Source of the DNA: Tubiluchus corallicola
Taxonomy: Eukaryota > Animalia > Priapulida
Length of the DNA stretch: 23,308 bases
Direction of reading: 5' to 3'
NCBI GenBank assembly: GCA_030141605.1
Contig: JAQGDQ010001853.1
Location: 1 to 23,308, forward strand
The position numbers and the translations under genes are program-made. Positions 10,299 to 19,740 of the stretch are shown here, in pieces. The notes under the pieces were generated by a model. The model was not told where the DNA came from and searched no databases. It saw nothing but the letters and a program-made list of their open reading frames with translations. Position 1 is the first letter of the stretch, and the number at the start of each line of letters is the position of its first letter.

Positions 10299-10444
10299 CA
10301 CCGTCGAGAGTTGCCAACGATGACACCGTTATCAATGGAGAAGCTGTCTCGGGGCAAACCGGCAATGTTCCAAGCCTGAATTTTGATCGGTTCACCCAAA
10401 GTCTTGCTGAGGGAAAAATCCTGAGAACATCGTATGCCATTATC
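10299..10444 (-). CDS. DNAH12: Dynein heavy chain exon 7 in window: start of AAA5
   Basis: Acceptor GACTTTTGCAG and donor TG|GTAAGC; 146 nt, phase 0-2. Translates DNGIRCSQDFSLSKTLGEPIKIQAWNIAGLPRDSFSIDNGVIVGNSRR(W). Confidence 0.92.
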
Positions 10445-11055
10445 CTGCAAAAGTCATGGATCATTTATTTCACATTACACATTTACAATAGTTTCATGTA
10501 CAATATCTAGTGAAAGGGCCTACAATGAACGTAATACAAGTAAGAAATACTGCACAGGAAAAGCCTCAAACACTGTTCACTTATACACGAAGGTAAATGT
10601 GTTGCGGTCAATCAAAAAGCAGGTCTTGTTAGAATGTCCCACACAGTGAAAGAAAAAAAGTTATGAAAATAATCTGAAAATTTAAAGTGAATCGCGTGAT
10701 AAAAAAACATTAGTGCTTAAAATGGAATGATGTAATGAATGAAGTTCATATATGAGATGATATAAAAGATAGAAAGACTATTATTTGTTAATAGTATGTA
10801 AAATTAAAATAACTTGATTAAGCTAACACCACTGTTTTGCAACTACTGTGAGGATGGATAGAAATTTTGATTACTCACTGATACTTACTTAAATGACACT
10901 TAAAAAACGCCAAAATTTGGTATTAAACAATGAAAATAAGCAGATCGGAATTACATTTTAACTAATGACCGTATTGAAAGTCGTCTGGCTTCATGTCAAT
11001 ATTGCAAAACTGACATAAGCGAGTAACAAACGACAAAAAATTAAACTTAAAAACG

Positions 11056-11238
11056 AAAGAGGCAGGCATGCAGGCAGACAGACAGACAGTCAGTCAGATA
11101 GACAGACAGGCAAACAAAGAGGCATGCATGCAGGCAGACACACAGACAGACAAACAAAGAGGTAGGCATGCAGGCAGGCGACAGACAGACAGACAAACAA
11201 AGAGGCAGGCATGCAGGCAGACAGACAGACAGGCATGC
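11056..11238. repeat. (GACA/GGCA)n compound repeat
   Basis: Blocks of AAACAAAGAGGCAGGCATGCAGGCAGACAGAC, about 4 copies. Confidence 0.9.
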
Positions 11239-11688
11239 ATTTATATGATCATTACCTATTATTATTTGATTCAGGGCGTCCTTGCACAAAGCAAGCAACT
11301 TTTTAATGCCTTCAACATTTTTTTACAGCTATAATTTCATTTACAAGTGTATTTAGGGAAAAATCGCATTTCGAAACTTGCTTGGACAATGATTGGACTA
11401 TTATTTTATATCATTTTACTTAAAGCTAGTTAACAGGTATTCCAGGTATAGTAGGAACGTAAACTTCTGTATCTTAATTGTAATGAATAACCTTAAAGCC
11501 AAGTGAATCACTACTGTCATCTCCCCATTAACTACGTAATTATCTAAATGCATATAGTAGTATGAGTGTAGGCAGGAAGTAGATCCTTGGGGAAAACCTG
11601 CCTGGCGTGTGATTAGTATTCGTAATCTTAAGTTCAAGATTGTCAAATGAACAATACATCATCTCACAAACTGAAACCTGATTATGAG

Positions 11689-11762
11689 CTGCTGAATGGT
11701 CTAGTGGTCTTAACATTGGAATGGCAACCCAAAGATCCTTGGTTCAAATACAGAATCAGCCT
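11689..11762 (+). mobile_element. tRNA-derived SINE head or tRNA pseudogene
   Basis: Box A TGGTCTAGTGG at 11697, box B-like GGTTCAAATAC at 11741, a GCTGA/TCAGC terminal stem, and a T-run after it. Confidence 0.45.
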
Positions 11763-11944
11763 CAGATTTTTTTACATTTCCAACTTTTCAGTCAGACTTG
11801 GCCTCAAAAGGTTAATAGTTATGAGTCAGTTGCCAGTTTTTTTAACCAAACTGCTACCTAGGAAAGGCCAATGGTTACTGAGTTACAGTATAAAGTGTGA
11901 AGATATGAACACATCCCTAGAGAAATAGAATTCATAAGTAAATT

Positions 11945-12055
11945 TGTTGATAGAAGGTATCGGACGTTTTCCTTGTATCGAATAATAATTTGTCGTTTTC
12001 AGGGAAACAATTTTCTAATGGAGAATTCCACAGATGAAAACCCCGAGGAAAAAAT
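11945..12055 (-). mobile_element. Possible degenerate LINE ORF2 3' end
   Basis: A minus frame reads FFPRGFHLWNSPLENCFPE, resembling the FFPRxxxLWNSLPxxxFP motif of jockey/CR1-group LINEs. Confidence 0.4.
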
Positions 12056-12079
12056 CAATTTACAAGCAGGTGTTCTTAC

Positions 12080-12331
12080 GTTTGTCTGCCTGATCCAATC
12101 CTGTATGCAGTTGTTACGGAAAGCAGCCGTGAAAGCGCCGAGGTAGGCGATCACGCCCGAGGCGATCAGCACGTCACCGGTCAGGTTGCTGTACGTGTCC
12201 TTCAGCTGTACGGCCGCTTGTGACCAACGGTCTTTCTCCCCGCCGAGGCCACCGATCAGCTTCGTCGCTCGCTCCAGTTTCCTCTCGCACTGGTCGACGG
12301 AAATTTCCAGCTGTTTCTTCTTCTCTGTAGC
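12080..12331 (-). CDS. DNAH12: Dynein heavy chain exon 6 in window: end of the stalk
   Basis: Acceptor TTTGTTGCTAG and donor AAC|GTAAGA; 252 nt. Translates ATEKKKQLEISVDQCERKLERATKLIGGLGGEKDRWSQAAVQLKDTYSNLTGDVLIASGVIAYLGAFTAAFRNNCIQDWIRQTN. Not in the supplied ORF track. Confidence 0.94.
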
Positions 12332-12356
12332 CTAGCAACAAAGCAACAATGCAGCA

Positions 12357-13052
12357 AAGGGTGCTGACAAGCCGTTGCTATAGCAACGTCTAGTTTTTTG
12401 CTGGATTAACTGCTGTGTTTACCTGTCCTGATGGCAGATTTCTTTTATTTTAGAATTCCGTATTGCTAATGTCTACAGTCTACAATGGATGCAATGGATG
12501 TATGATGATGATTCTATAATGAAGGGTTCGGAAAGGGTGCTGACAAGCCACTGGAATAGCAACGTCTAAATTTTTTGCTGGATTGTACCTGTCCCAAGGG
12601 CAGATTTCTTTTATTTTAGAATTCTCTATGGCTAATGTCTACAATGGATGTAATGGGCATATGATGATGATTCTATAATGAAGGGTTCGGAAAGGGTGCT
12701 GACAAGCCATTGCTATAGCAACGACAAAATGTTTTTGCTGCATTAACAGCTGTGTTTACCACTCCTGAGGGCAGATTTCTTTTATTTTAGAGTTCTGTAT
12801 GGCTAATATCTACAATAGACATGACGGGCATACGATGGTGATGAATTGTTGAAGATTGTAGAACGGAAGTGGTGCTGACAAGCCACTGGTATAGCAACAT
12901 CTAGTTTGTATGCTGGATTAACAGCTGTGTTTACCACTCCTGAGGGCAGATTTCTTTTATTTTAGAGTTCTCTATGGCTAATGTCTACAATGGACGTAAT
13001 GGGCGTATGATGATGATTCTATAAACAAAGGTTCGGAAGTGATGCTGACAAG
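12357..13052. repeat. About 170-bp tandem repeat, about 4 copies
   Basis: The (G/A)TGCTGACAAG anchor occurs at 12361, 12537, 12696, 12872 and 13042, giving periods of 176, 159, 176 and 170. Confidence 0.92.
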
Positions 13053-13133
13053 GCGCTTATTCACCAATCGGGTCCAGTATTGCTTCACTTCAGTCACTAT
13101 GCACACATGGTGACCGGGGATAATTCAGGTAAT

Positions 13134-13470
13134 GCCAGTGATGAATATGATCATAATTATGACCGTGATGATGATGATGATGGTGAAATGAAGATAATGA
13201 TCTGATGATGACAACAATGATAATGATGACAACGACCCCCAGGCCAGCGATGAGGACAATCATAATTATGGCCAGGATGATGATGATGGTGGTGAAATGA
13301 AGATAATGATCTGATGATGACAATGATGATAATGATGACAATGACCTCCAGGCCAGCAATGAGGACAATCATAATTATGACCGTGATGATGATGATGGTG
13401 AAATGAAGATAATGATCTGATGACGACAATGATGATAATGATGACAATGACAGAGATGATGATGATGATG
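13134..13470. repeat. 109-bp GAT-rich tandem repeat, about 3 copies
   Basis: The ATCATAATTATG anchor occurs at 13150, 13259 and 13368. Confidence 0.9.
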
Positions 13471-13497
13471 ACTACAACTGCTACGCTAACAGCTCAC

Positions 13498-13685
13498 CTC
13501 GTGAAATTGCTTCTTCAGAGCAACAAGCTCTTCCTCCACGGCGTGCAGTTCTTCTCGCTTGGTGTTGAGGATGGCCATGGTTTCGGCAAGCTGCTCCTCT
13601 GCTTCGTTGAGCTTCGCCTTCTTCGGGGCGACCACCTTGGCGACTCGATCGTATTGTTCCATGGCTCGGACCCACTTGCACAAAC
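13498..13685 (-). CDS. DNAH12: Dynein heavy chain exon 5 in window: end of the microtubule-binding domain and stalk coiled coil 2
   Basis: Acceptor CTGGCTTGTAG and donor GAG|GTGAGC; 188 nt, phase 1-0. Translates (G)LCKWVRAMEQYDRVAKVVAPKKAKLNEAEEQLAETMAILNTKREELHAVEEELVALKKQFHE. Confidence 0.93.
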
Positions 13686-13740
13686 CTACAAGCCAGTAAA
13701 AAAGATGGCTTTCAAAATAAGATGATATCATTTGTCGACT

Positions 13741-13848
<108 letters not shown>

Positions 13849-14954
13849 AGTCTCTGGATTATTCACAATTTATTGCAGACTTGCAGACTTTGTTGCCATC
13901 AAAGCACGAAAAGTTGATTTTTGTTGAAGGTTTATGACATCTGCCCGAATATGTTTGTATAAATTTCAGTTATTTGTTGATTTAGATATAAATACAGGTA
14001 GTTTTTAATAAATTGTGTAATCTTATTTTTTTCGTATTCATTTTTGATTTTTCTATTTCATTTGGGGCCACCAAATTCACTTCGCCTAGGGCCGCCAGTT
14101 GTCGAGTCTTCAGTTGCATTGTGTCTCAAGATTGACTAAGTCTGCCTTAAGTTAACAACAATGGCGTCCAGATTCTGTGTTCTTCGCAGAAAAGCAACAT
14201 GGCGTTATCAAATGTATTTTTGCAATGCTTTCTCTTTTTTACGCTATTTGTTCGTATAATAATTCGTAGGTCCAGTTGTCATTGGCTGACTGAGAAGCAG
14301 TCCTTCCTGGACCTATATCTTTACTCACACTGAAAGTAATTTTAGTTTGTTTTTATTTTAAATCTCCCGCAGTACTGTTCCGATGTCGCCATTACAAGAC
14401 GTCAGGCACCAAACGTAAATCAAGGGATGTTAAATTATATCCCAAAAGACTTTCCGTGCAAATCTATATTACTTAGATTTTCGCTTACCTGCTAGAAAGA
14501 ATTAGGTAACTAGGAATAATAATTTAAAATGTTTTCACCAATTGGTAAAATGTCACTGACTCACCCTCCAGGGTGCACCACTCACTTACCAAAAAACGTA
14601 CTTTTAATCTTATTGGCAAGATACGGTAATTTAAAATTTCATTTAGTTAGCAACGTGTGCTACGAATGCTCTGATTATTTTTTCAAACTTCCAGCAATGT
14701 TATCTGAGCCTACCATCAAAATTGCTGTGCCTGCCGGTCATCGCGGGAGTTTAAATTTACGTGTTTTGTACAGCGTTACTACCGACATAAGCCCAGTATG
14801 CAAAAAGGCAGTAGGCAAGTGGTATAAAATTTCAAAACGAGTTTTTTAAGCTTTATGTAAGTATATTGTGCATCAAGAACAATTGTCTATGAATAAACGG
14901 ACAGTTGAACATTGTCCCTTAACAAAGTAAACGATAGGGGGCAGTACTGTAGAT

Positions 14955-15454
14955 CAGGGGTGTGCAAATTATCTGACTAGCCAGGCCACATTAAACTTTC
15001 CCGCAATTCCTGCAGGCCACATGCAGTTTGGTCAAGGAGCCAAGTACAGAAAGGCCTAATAACGATTTTTTTGCATCCGACCTGCGTACATCATTACTAC
15101 TACACTCAAGAAACTATTTTAGAAGTTATTAAAATTTATATTACAAACCATATATTTCTACTTTCAGGACAGATAGTGGTAATTTCATTACAATGCATAT
15201 TAGTAATGTATATCACACAGTCTGTGTAGTACAGTGACATTATGCTACAACCGTCTTGTAAGGGTTAATGGCATCCGATCTAGTAGAAAAAACTACCCGC
15301 ACTATCTTTGGGATCGTGGCACGGGCTTCAGCTGGATGCACTCAATTAATCGCCCGGGCCGCACTTTCAATAGGTTGACAAATCTCTTCATGGGCCGCAC
15401 AAATTCTATTGGCGGGCCGCAAGTGGCCCGCGGGCCGCAATTTGCACACCCCTG
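14955..15454. mobile_element. hAT (Charlie-like) MITE (500 bp)
   Basis: Perfect 16-bp TIR CAGGGGTGTGCAAATT / AATTTGCACACCCCTG, perfect 8-bp TSD CTGTAGAT (14947-14954 and 15455-15462), and GGGCCGC subterminal repeats. Confidence 0.93.
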
Positions 15455-15493
15455 CTGTAGATGAAACCACCTTACTGTCCATGCCTGGTTGCT

Positions 15494-15583
15494 ACCCATC
15501 CACTTACTACCTAGGCTTAACGTTGCTTAACTTCGGAATACGACGCGACCAAAGATTGTTGTCGAGTGATAATCAGCGTACGC
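15494..15583 (-). pseudogene. Diverged 5S rRNA-derived sequence (pseudogene or head of a second SINE3 family)
   Basis: Minus strand GCGTACG..TATCAC..CCGAAGTTAAGCAACGTTAAGCCTAGGTAGTAAGTGGATGGGT is collinear with 5S up to box C, then diverges. Confidence 0.65.
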
Positions 15584-15605
15584 TCAAGTTGCTACGGTAA
15601 CGTAC

Positions 15606-15696
15606 CTTCGGCGGCCGACGAAGCCTTAGCAACCTTGTCTGGATTGAACTCGGAACTCGTGACGTACTCCTTTCTAATTTTCGTCATTACTGCCAC
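15606..15696 (-). CDS. DNAH12: Dynein heavy chain exon 4 in window: microtubule-binding domain
   Basis: Acceptor GTTATGACAG and donor G|GTACGT; 91 nt, phase 0-1. Translates VAVMTKIRKEYVTSSEFNPDKVAKASSAAE(G). Confidence 0.92.
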
Positions 15697-15755
15697 CTGT
15701 CATAACGACATCAATTAATAACAATACATCATGACAGCGGCATGGCATGTGGTGT

Positions 15756-15978
15756 TACTATTACTATTACTATTACTATTACTATGACTATGACTATGAC
15801 TATTACTATGACTATGACTATGACTATGACTATGACTATGACTATGACTATGACTATGACTATGACTATGACTATGACTATGACTATGACTATGACTATG
15901 ACTATGACTATGACTATGACTATGACTATGACTATGACTATTACTATTACTATTACTATTACTATTATTATTATTATT
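15756..15978. repeat. (GACTAT/TACTAT)n hexamer array
   Basis: Read directly. Confidence 0.95.
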
Positions 15979-16022
15979 GTTGTTATTGTGCAATTATAAT
16001 TTCTCTAGTGAGTAATTGATAC

Positions 16023-16112
16023 CGATATGTTGTCTTTGTCGTACTCCTTCAAACTGTTCAGGAACTGCATGTCACCCAGCAACTTCTTGGACGGACCCCA
16101 ATAATCCAACAT
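16023..16112 (-). CDS. DNAH12: Dynein heavy chain exon 3 in window: microtubule-binding domain
   Basis: Acceptor TTTTTCTCCGCACAG and donor TCG|GTATCA; 90 nt. Translates MLDYWGPSKKLLGDMQFLNSLKEYDKDNIS. Confidence 0.92.
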
Positions 16113-16268
16113 CTGTGCGGAGAAAAACGAAATAATTAGAAATGCAGGCGGGATTAAGATTTAAGAGCGTGCAGAAAAGCACTGATAATATTATGCTATG
16201 TGTAATCCAGAATAAATGAATGAAATGAAAAAAAAGAAGATTCAATTAAAGTAAATGCCTAGGGCACT

Positions 16269-16390
16269 TGCTGAGGAGATCGCTGGCATCTGTTAGAATT
16301 AAATATAACATTGTAGAATGTTCTAGAAAGAAACGTCTAGAATGTTCCCTGGCACCCTATATAAGGCGAAGCAGGCCGCTGAGAGAGACA
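16269..16390 (+). mobile_element. LTR-like element, copy 1 (5' part only)
   Basis: Homologous to the element starting at 16830 and to the reverse complement starting at 17938. It lacks the segment between two TTGTAGAATG repeats and contains TATATAAGG. Confidence 0.65.
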
Positions 16391-16431
16391 GAGAGAGAGA
16401 AAGAGAGAGGAGAGAAAGAGAGAGAAAGAGA

Positions 16432-16497
<66 letters not shown>

Positions 16498-16506
16498 CAG
16501 AGACAG

Positions 16507-16547
<41 letters not shown>

Positions 16548-16815
16548 GACAGAGAGAGACACAGAGAGAGACACAGAGAGACAGAGAGAGAGAGAGAGAC
16601 AGACAGAGACAGAGAGAGAGAGACAGAGACAGAGAGAGACACAGAGAGACAGAGAGAGACACAGAGAGACAGAGAGAGACACAGAGAGACAGAGAGAGAC
16701 AGAGAAACAGAGAGAGAGAGAGACAGAGAGACAGAGAGAGACAGAGAGAGAGAGACAGAGACAGAGAGAGACACAGAGAGATGCAGAGATACAGAGAGAG
16801 AGAGACACAGAGAGA
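16381..16815. repeat. (GA/GACA)n compound microsatellite
   Basis: Read directly. It is the source of the RE/SL ORFs. Confidence 0.95.
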
Positions 16816-16829
16816 TTTTCAAAAATGAC

Positions 16830-17129
16830 TGTTGTGGAGATCGCTAACATCTATTAGAATTACATAGAACATTGTAGAATGTTCCATTAGAATAATCGTC
16901 TTACCTTGTAGAATGTTCTAGAAAGAAACTTCTGGAAGCTTCTCGGGAACGCTATACAAGGCGAAGCAGGCTGCTGAGAGTCAGACACACAGATTCACAC
17001 TTTTACTGTAATCATTTCGCGTTCCTTCATACTTTTGTGTTGTAGAATTCTCGCTTAATAAACTAGTTTAATTTGACTAGTGTTTTCTGCTTTTCTCTAC
17101 GAGCCTTCCGAGAGAAACAAAACACAACA
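16830..17129 (+). mobile_element. Solo-LTR-like element, copy 2 (300 bp, both ends present)
   Basis: Begins TGTTGTG and ends CACAACA (7-bp inverted TG..CA ends). TATA-like TATACAAGG lies near 16953 and AATAAA at 17057. No TSD seen. Confidence 0.7.
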
Positions 17130-17347
17130 GCAAAAAGCAGGCAAAAAAACAGATAAAATTTTATTAAAGTACGTTAAAGACCATAAAGGTCTTTCTCAGT
17201 TTAAAATGTGAGGCTGAGACCTACAGGTGAATTAGGTACCTTGTACTTTGGCTGGGTTGTTTTGCATATCATTAAATAGCATCATATCAACTACTTGATG
17301 TAAGGTAGTAACGCATTGACATGATCATGAGAATATTACTAATTGTG

Positions 17348-17649
17348 TACTACGGCCATATCACGTTGAAAACACCGGTTCTCGTCTGATCAGCGAAGTT
17401 AAGCGATGTAGAGCCTGGTTAGTACTTAGATAGGTGACCGCCTAGGAATACCAGGTGGTGTAGGCTTGCGGGATGTCCACACTGTATCTCGATACTAGGT
17501 GGAGGAGCTGCACAAGCAGCAAACAGCTAGAGGGCAGAGGAGATCACGTGACCAACGGCCATGTGTAGAGGAGTAAACCTTCCAAATCAGGAGTGGAGCC
17601 CCGAAGGCAGACCAGTGCAGCATGCTCACTGACTCCGGCAGCTCCTGCA
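17348..17649 (+). mobile_element. 5S rRNA-derived SINE with a full-length 5S head; 3'-truncated copy
   Basis: 17348-17467 is a 120-nt 5S-like sequence (..CTACGGCCATATCACGTTGAAAACACCGGTTCTCGTCTGATCAGCGAAGTTAAGC...TGTAGGCTT). It has no oligo-T terminator and continues into the body shared with 5080-5262. Confidence 0.85.
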
Positions 17650-17938
17650 TTACAACATTAATATGGTTAAGTATGAAGGAACGCGAAATGATTACAGTAA
17701 ACGTGAAAATCTGGAAAACGTTTAAGTGTATCTGAAAATACAAGTATACAAGAGAATGTGTAAGTGGCGTCCGTGTGAATCTGTGTGTGTCTCAGTGGCC
17801 TGCTTCGCCTTATATAGGGTGCCAGGGAACATTCTAGACGTTTCTTCCAGAACATTCTACAAGGTAAGACGATTATTCCAACGGCACATTCTACAATGTT
17901 CTATTTAATTCTAATAGATGACAGCGATCTCCACAACA
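17650..17938 (-). mobile_element. LTR-like element, copy 3 (inverted, 3'-truncated)
   Basis: The reverse complement starts TGTTGTGGAGATCGCTGTCATCTATTAGAATT and matches copy 2 through TTTACTGTAATCATTTCGCGTTCCTTCATACTT, with an extra internal segment. Confidence 0.7.
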
Positions 17939-17967
17939 CCATCCCATGTGCAGCAAGCGATACCTAC

Positions 17968-18099
17968 CTTTCTGCCGGGCATATTCGGATCATTCACTTT
18001 TTCCGGTTTAATTTCTTTCATAACGCAGACGGCGGCCATTACGAGTTTCACGCCGGCCGGAGGATTCTGCATGGATTTCACGATGGTGATATCAGCGGG
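17968..18099 (-). CDS. DNAH12: Dynein heavy chain exon 2 in window: start of the microtubule-binding domain
   Basis: Acceptor TTTTCTTACAG and donor AAG|GTAGGT; 132 nt, phase 0-0. Translates PADITIVKSMQNPPAGVKLVMAAVCVMKEIKPEKVNDPNMPGRK. Confidence 0.93.
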
Positions 18100-18979
18100 C
18101 TGTAAGAAAATTCAACATGTTAATTAGTTAGTTCATTATGATGCGTGACATGGTCGAGAGAGGTAACAACGTCATTATCAAAAAATAGGTAACAGCAAAA
18201 ACTGTTAGCAGCCGAAATTCGACTCTCAAGTCTCCTCCTGAGGACTCCAAAAAATGTATTTGTATTTGTCATTTTGTATTCCTACTCCTTTCATATATTA
18301 TTCCTTGCAAAATATTATAACTATACGTATACAAAATTTCTCTCCATTAATACAAACTATTTTATGATTATAATTACACTTCTGCAAAAATAAGAATATA
18401 ATCACCTCTCAAAAAACTAAAACTATAATATGTAAACCTACTCCCATGACCTTCTTTCTCCAAACTGTTTTTTTAGCGCTGTCCTGTTCTTACAGACCTA
18501 CCTTACTTTTCCTTTTTCACATTTATTAAATAATTCTTGTCCCTCTAGTACAAACTACATATACTAACAATTGCCAGGTGCCAATTGCTGGTCGGCCGCT
18601 GCTTTGCAATATGCTTCAGTGCAACCTAAAGACATGTGCTCGCATCTAGCATAGCCTCTGTGGTTATCGCATTTATAGGACCAAGTTTTACATTGGTTTT
18701 CATAAACAGTTATTACTAACAAAATAAACACTTGGGAAGTTCACGTTTCGGCGGGAATCATCCCTGAGTTGTATTAGATCATGTTACTTTTTACCCCAGT
18801 AAAAATACACAAAACTATTTATAGTTTCAAAAAGTACTTGAAAAGGACCATTTTTGATTCATACTTATAATACAATTTTAATGGTTCCATGTCTCATGCA
18901 GTCGCAATATATGGCCTCCAATCAATTATAATGCTATTTTAATATACCTCTATGTAAATTAAACATACACTGTGGTCGT

Positions 18980-19350
18980 TTCTTCTCCTCTTTTCCTTCT
19001 TCCCATTTCTAATCTTACTATTTTTTCCATTCCATCATATCTACTAACCCTAACCATTCTTTCAATCACTCATCCTCCCCTCTCCCTTCCTTCTTCCTAT
19101 CCCTAATCTTACTATTTTTTCCATTCTATCATTTCTTCTGACACTAACCATTCTTTCAATCACTCATCCTCTCCTCTCTTCCTTTTTCCTATCCCTAATC
19201 TTACTATTTTTTCTGTTCCATCATTTCTTCTGACACTAACCATTCTTTCAATCACTCATCCTCTCCTCTCTTCCTTCTTCCTATCCCTAATCCTACTATT
19301 TTTTTCATTCCATCATTTCTTCTGACACTAACCATTCTTTCATTCACTCA
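18980..19350. repeat. About 92-bp pyrimidine-rich tandem repeat, about 4 copies
   Basis: The CTAATC[T/C]TACTATTTTT anchor occurs at 19009, 19103, 19195 and 19287. Confidence 0.9.
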
Positions 19351-19504
19351 TTTCTGCCAGCTTAACAAGCCAAGCTTTCAAGGTGTAATACAGCAACTCT
19401 TTTATTTGGTTAATTTGACTTCATAAACGTTTTTTACCTATACTGTTTCTTTTTGTTTCAATAATATTGTATGTTGATGTATATGTGTTGCTGGAGTGAA
19501 ATAA

Positions 19505-19592
19505 ATTGATTGATTGATTGATTGAATGATTAATTGATTGACTGATTGATTGGTTGATTGATTGATTGATTGACTGATTGATTGATTGATTG

Positions 19593-19686
<94 letters not shown>

Positions 19687-19687
19687 C

Positions 19688-19738
<51 letters not shown>
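19505..19738. repeat. (ATTG)n microsatellite
   Basis: Read directly; starts immediately after AATAA. Confidence 0.95.

Positions 19739-19740
<2 letters not shown>

Noticed and set aside
10297-10303. Alternative tandem donor 3 nt upstream (CG|GTGGTAAG)
   Set aside because: It would delete the conserved Trp of RRWPLMIDPQ, and GTAAGC is the much better donor.
13090-13447. His-rich ORFs resembling metal-binding peptides
   Set aside because: They derive from the 109-bp GAT-rich tandem repeat inside an intron, and no splice or gene structure supports them.
16268-16857. RE-rich and SL-rich ORFs
   Set aside because: Translations of a GA microsatellite. The same applies to the ORFs at 4397-4815, 11047-11334, 13722-13937 and 15715-16019.
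16264-17134. LTR copies 1 and 2 as one intact TRIM with a TSD
   Set aside because: The flanks GCACT and GCAAA match only 3 of 5, copy 1 lacks its 3' half, and no PBS or PPT is visible.
17348-17467. Functional 5S rRNA gene
   Set aside because: Box C is mutated, there is no terminator, and it is fused to a body shared with a second dispersed copy.
18230-18700. Plus-strand LINE ORF2 remnant
   Set aside because: Only vague motif resemblance (e.g. AFIGPS), with many stops; not supportable without a search.
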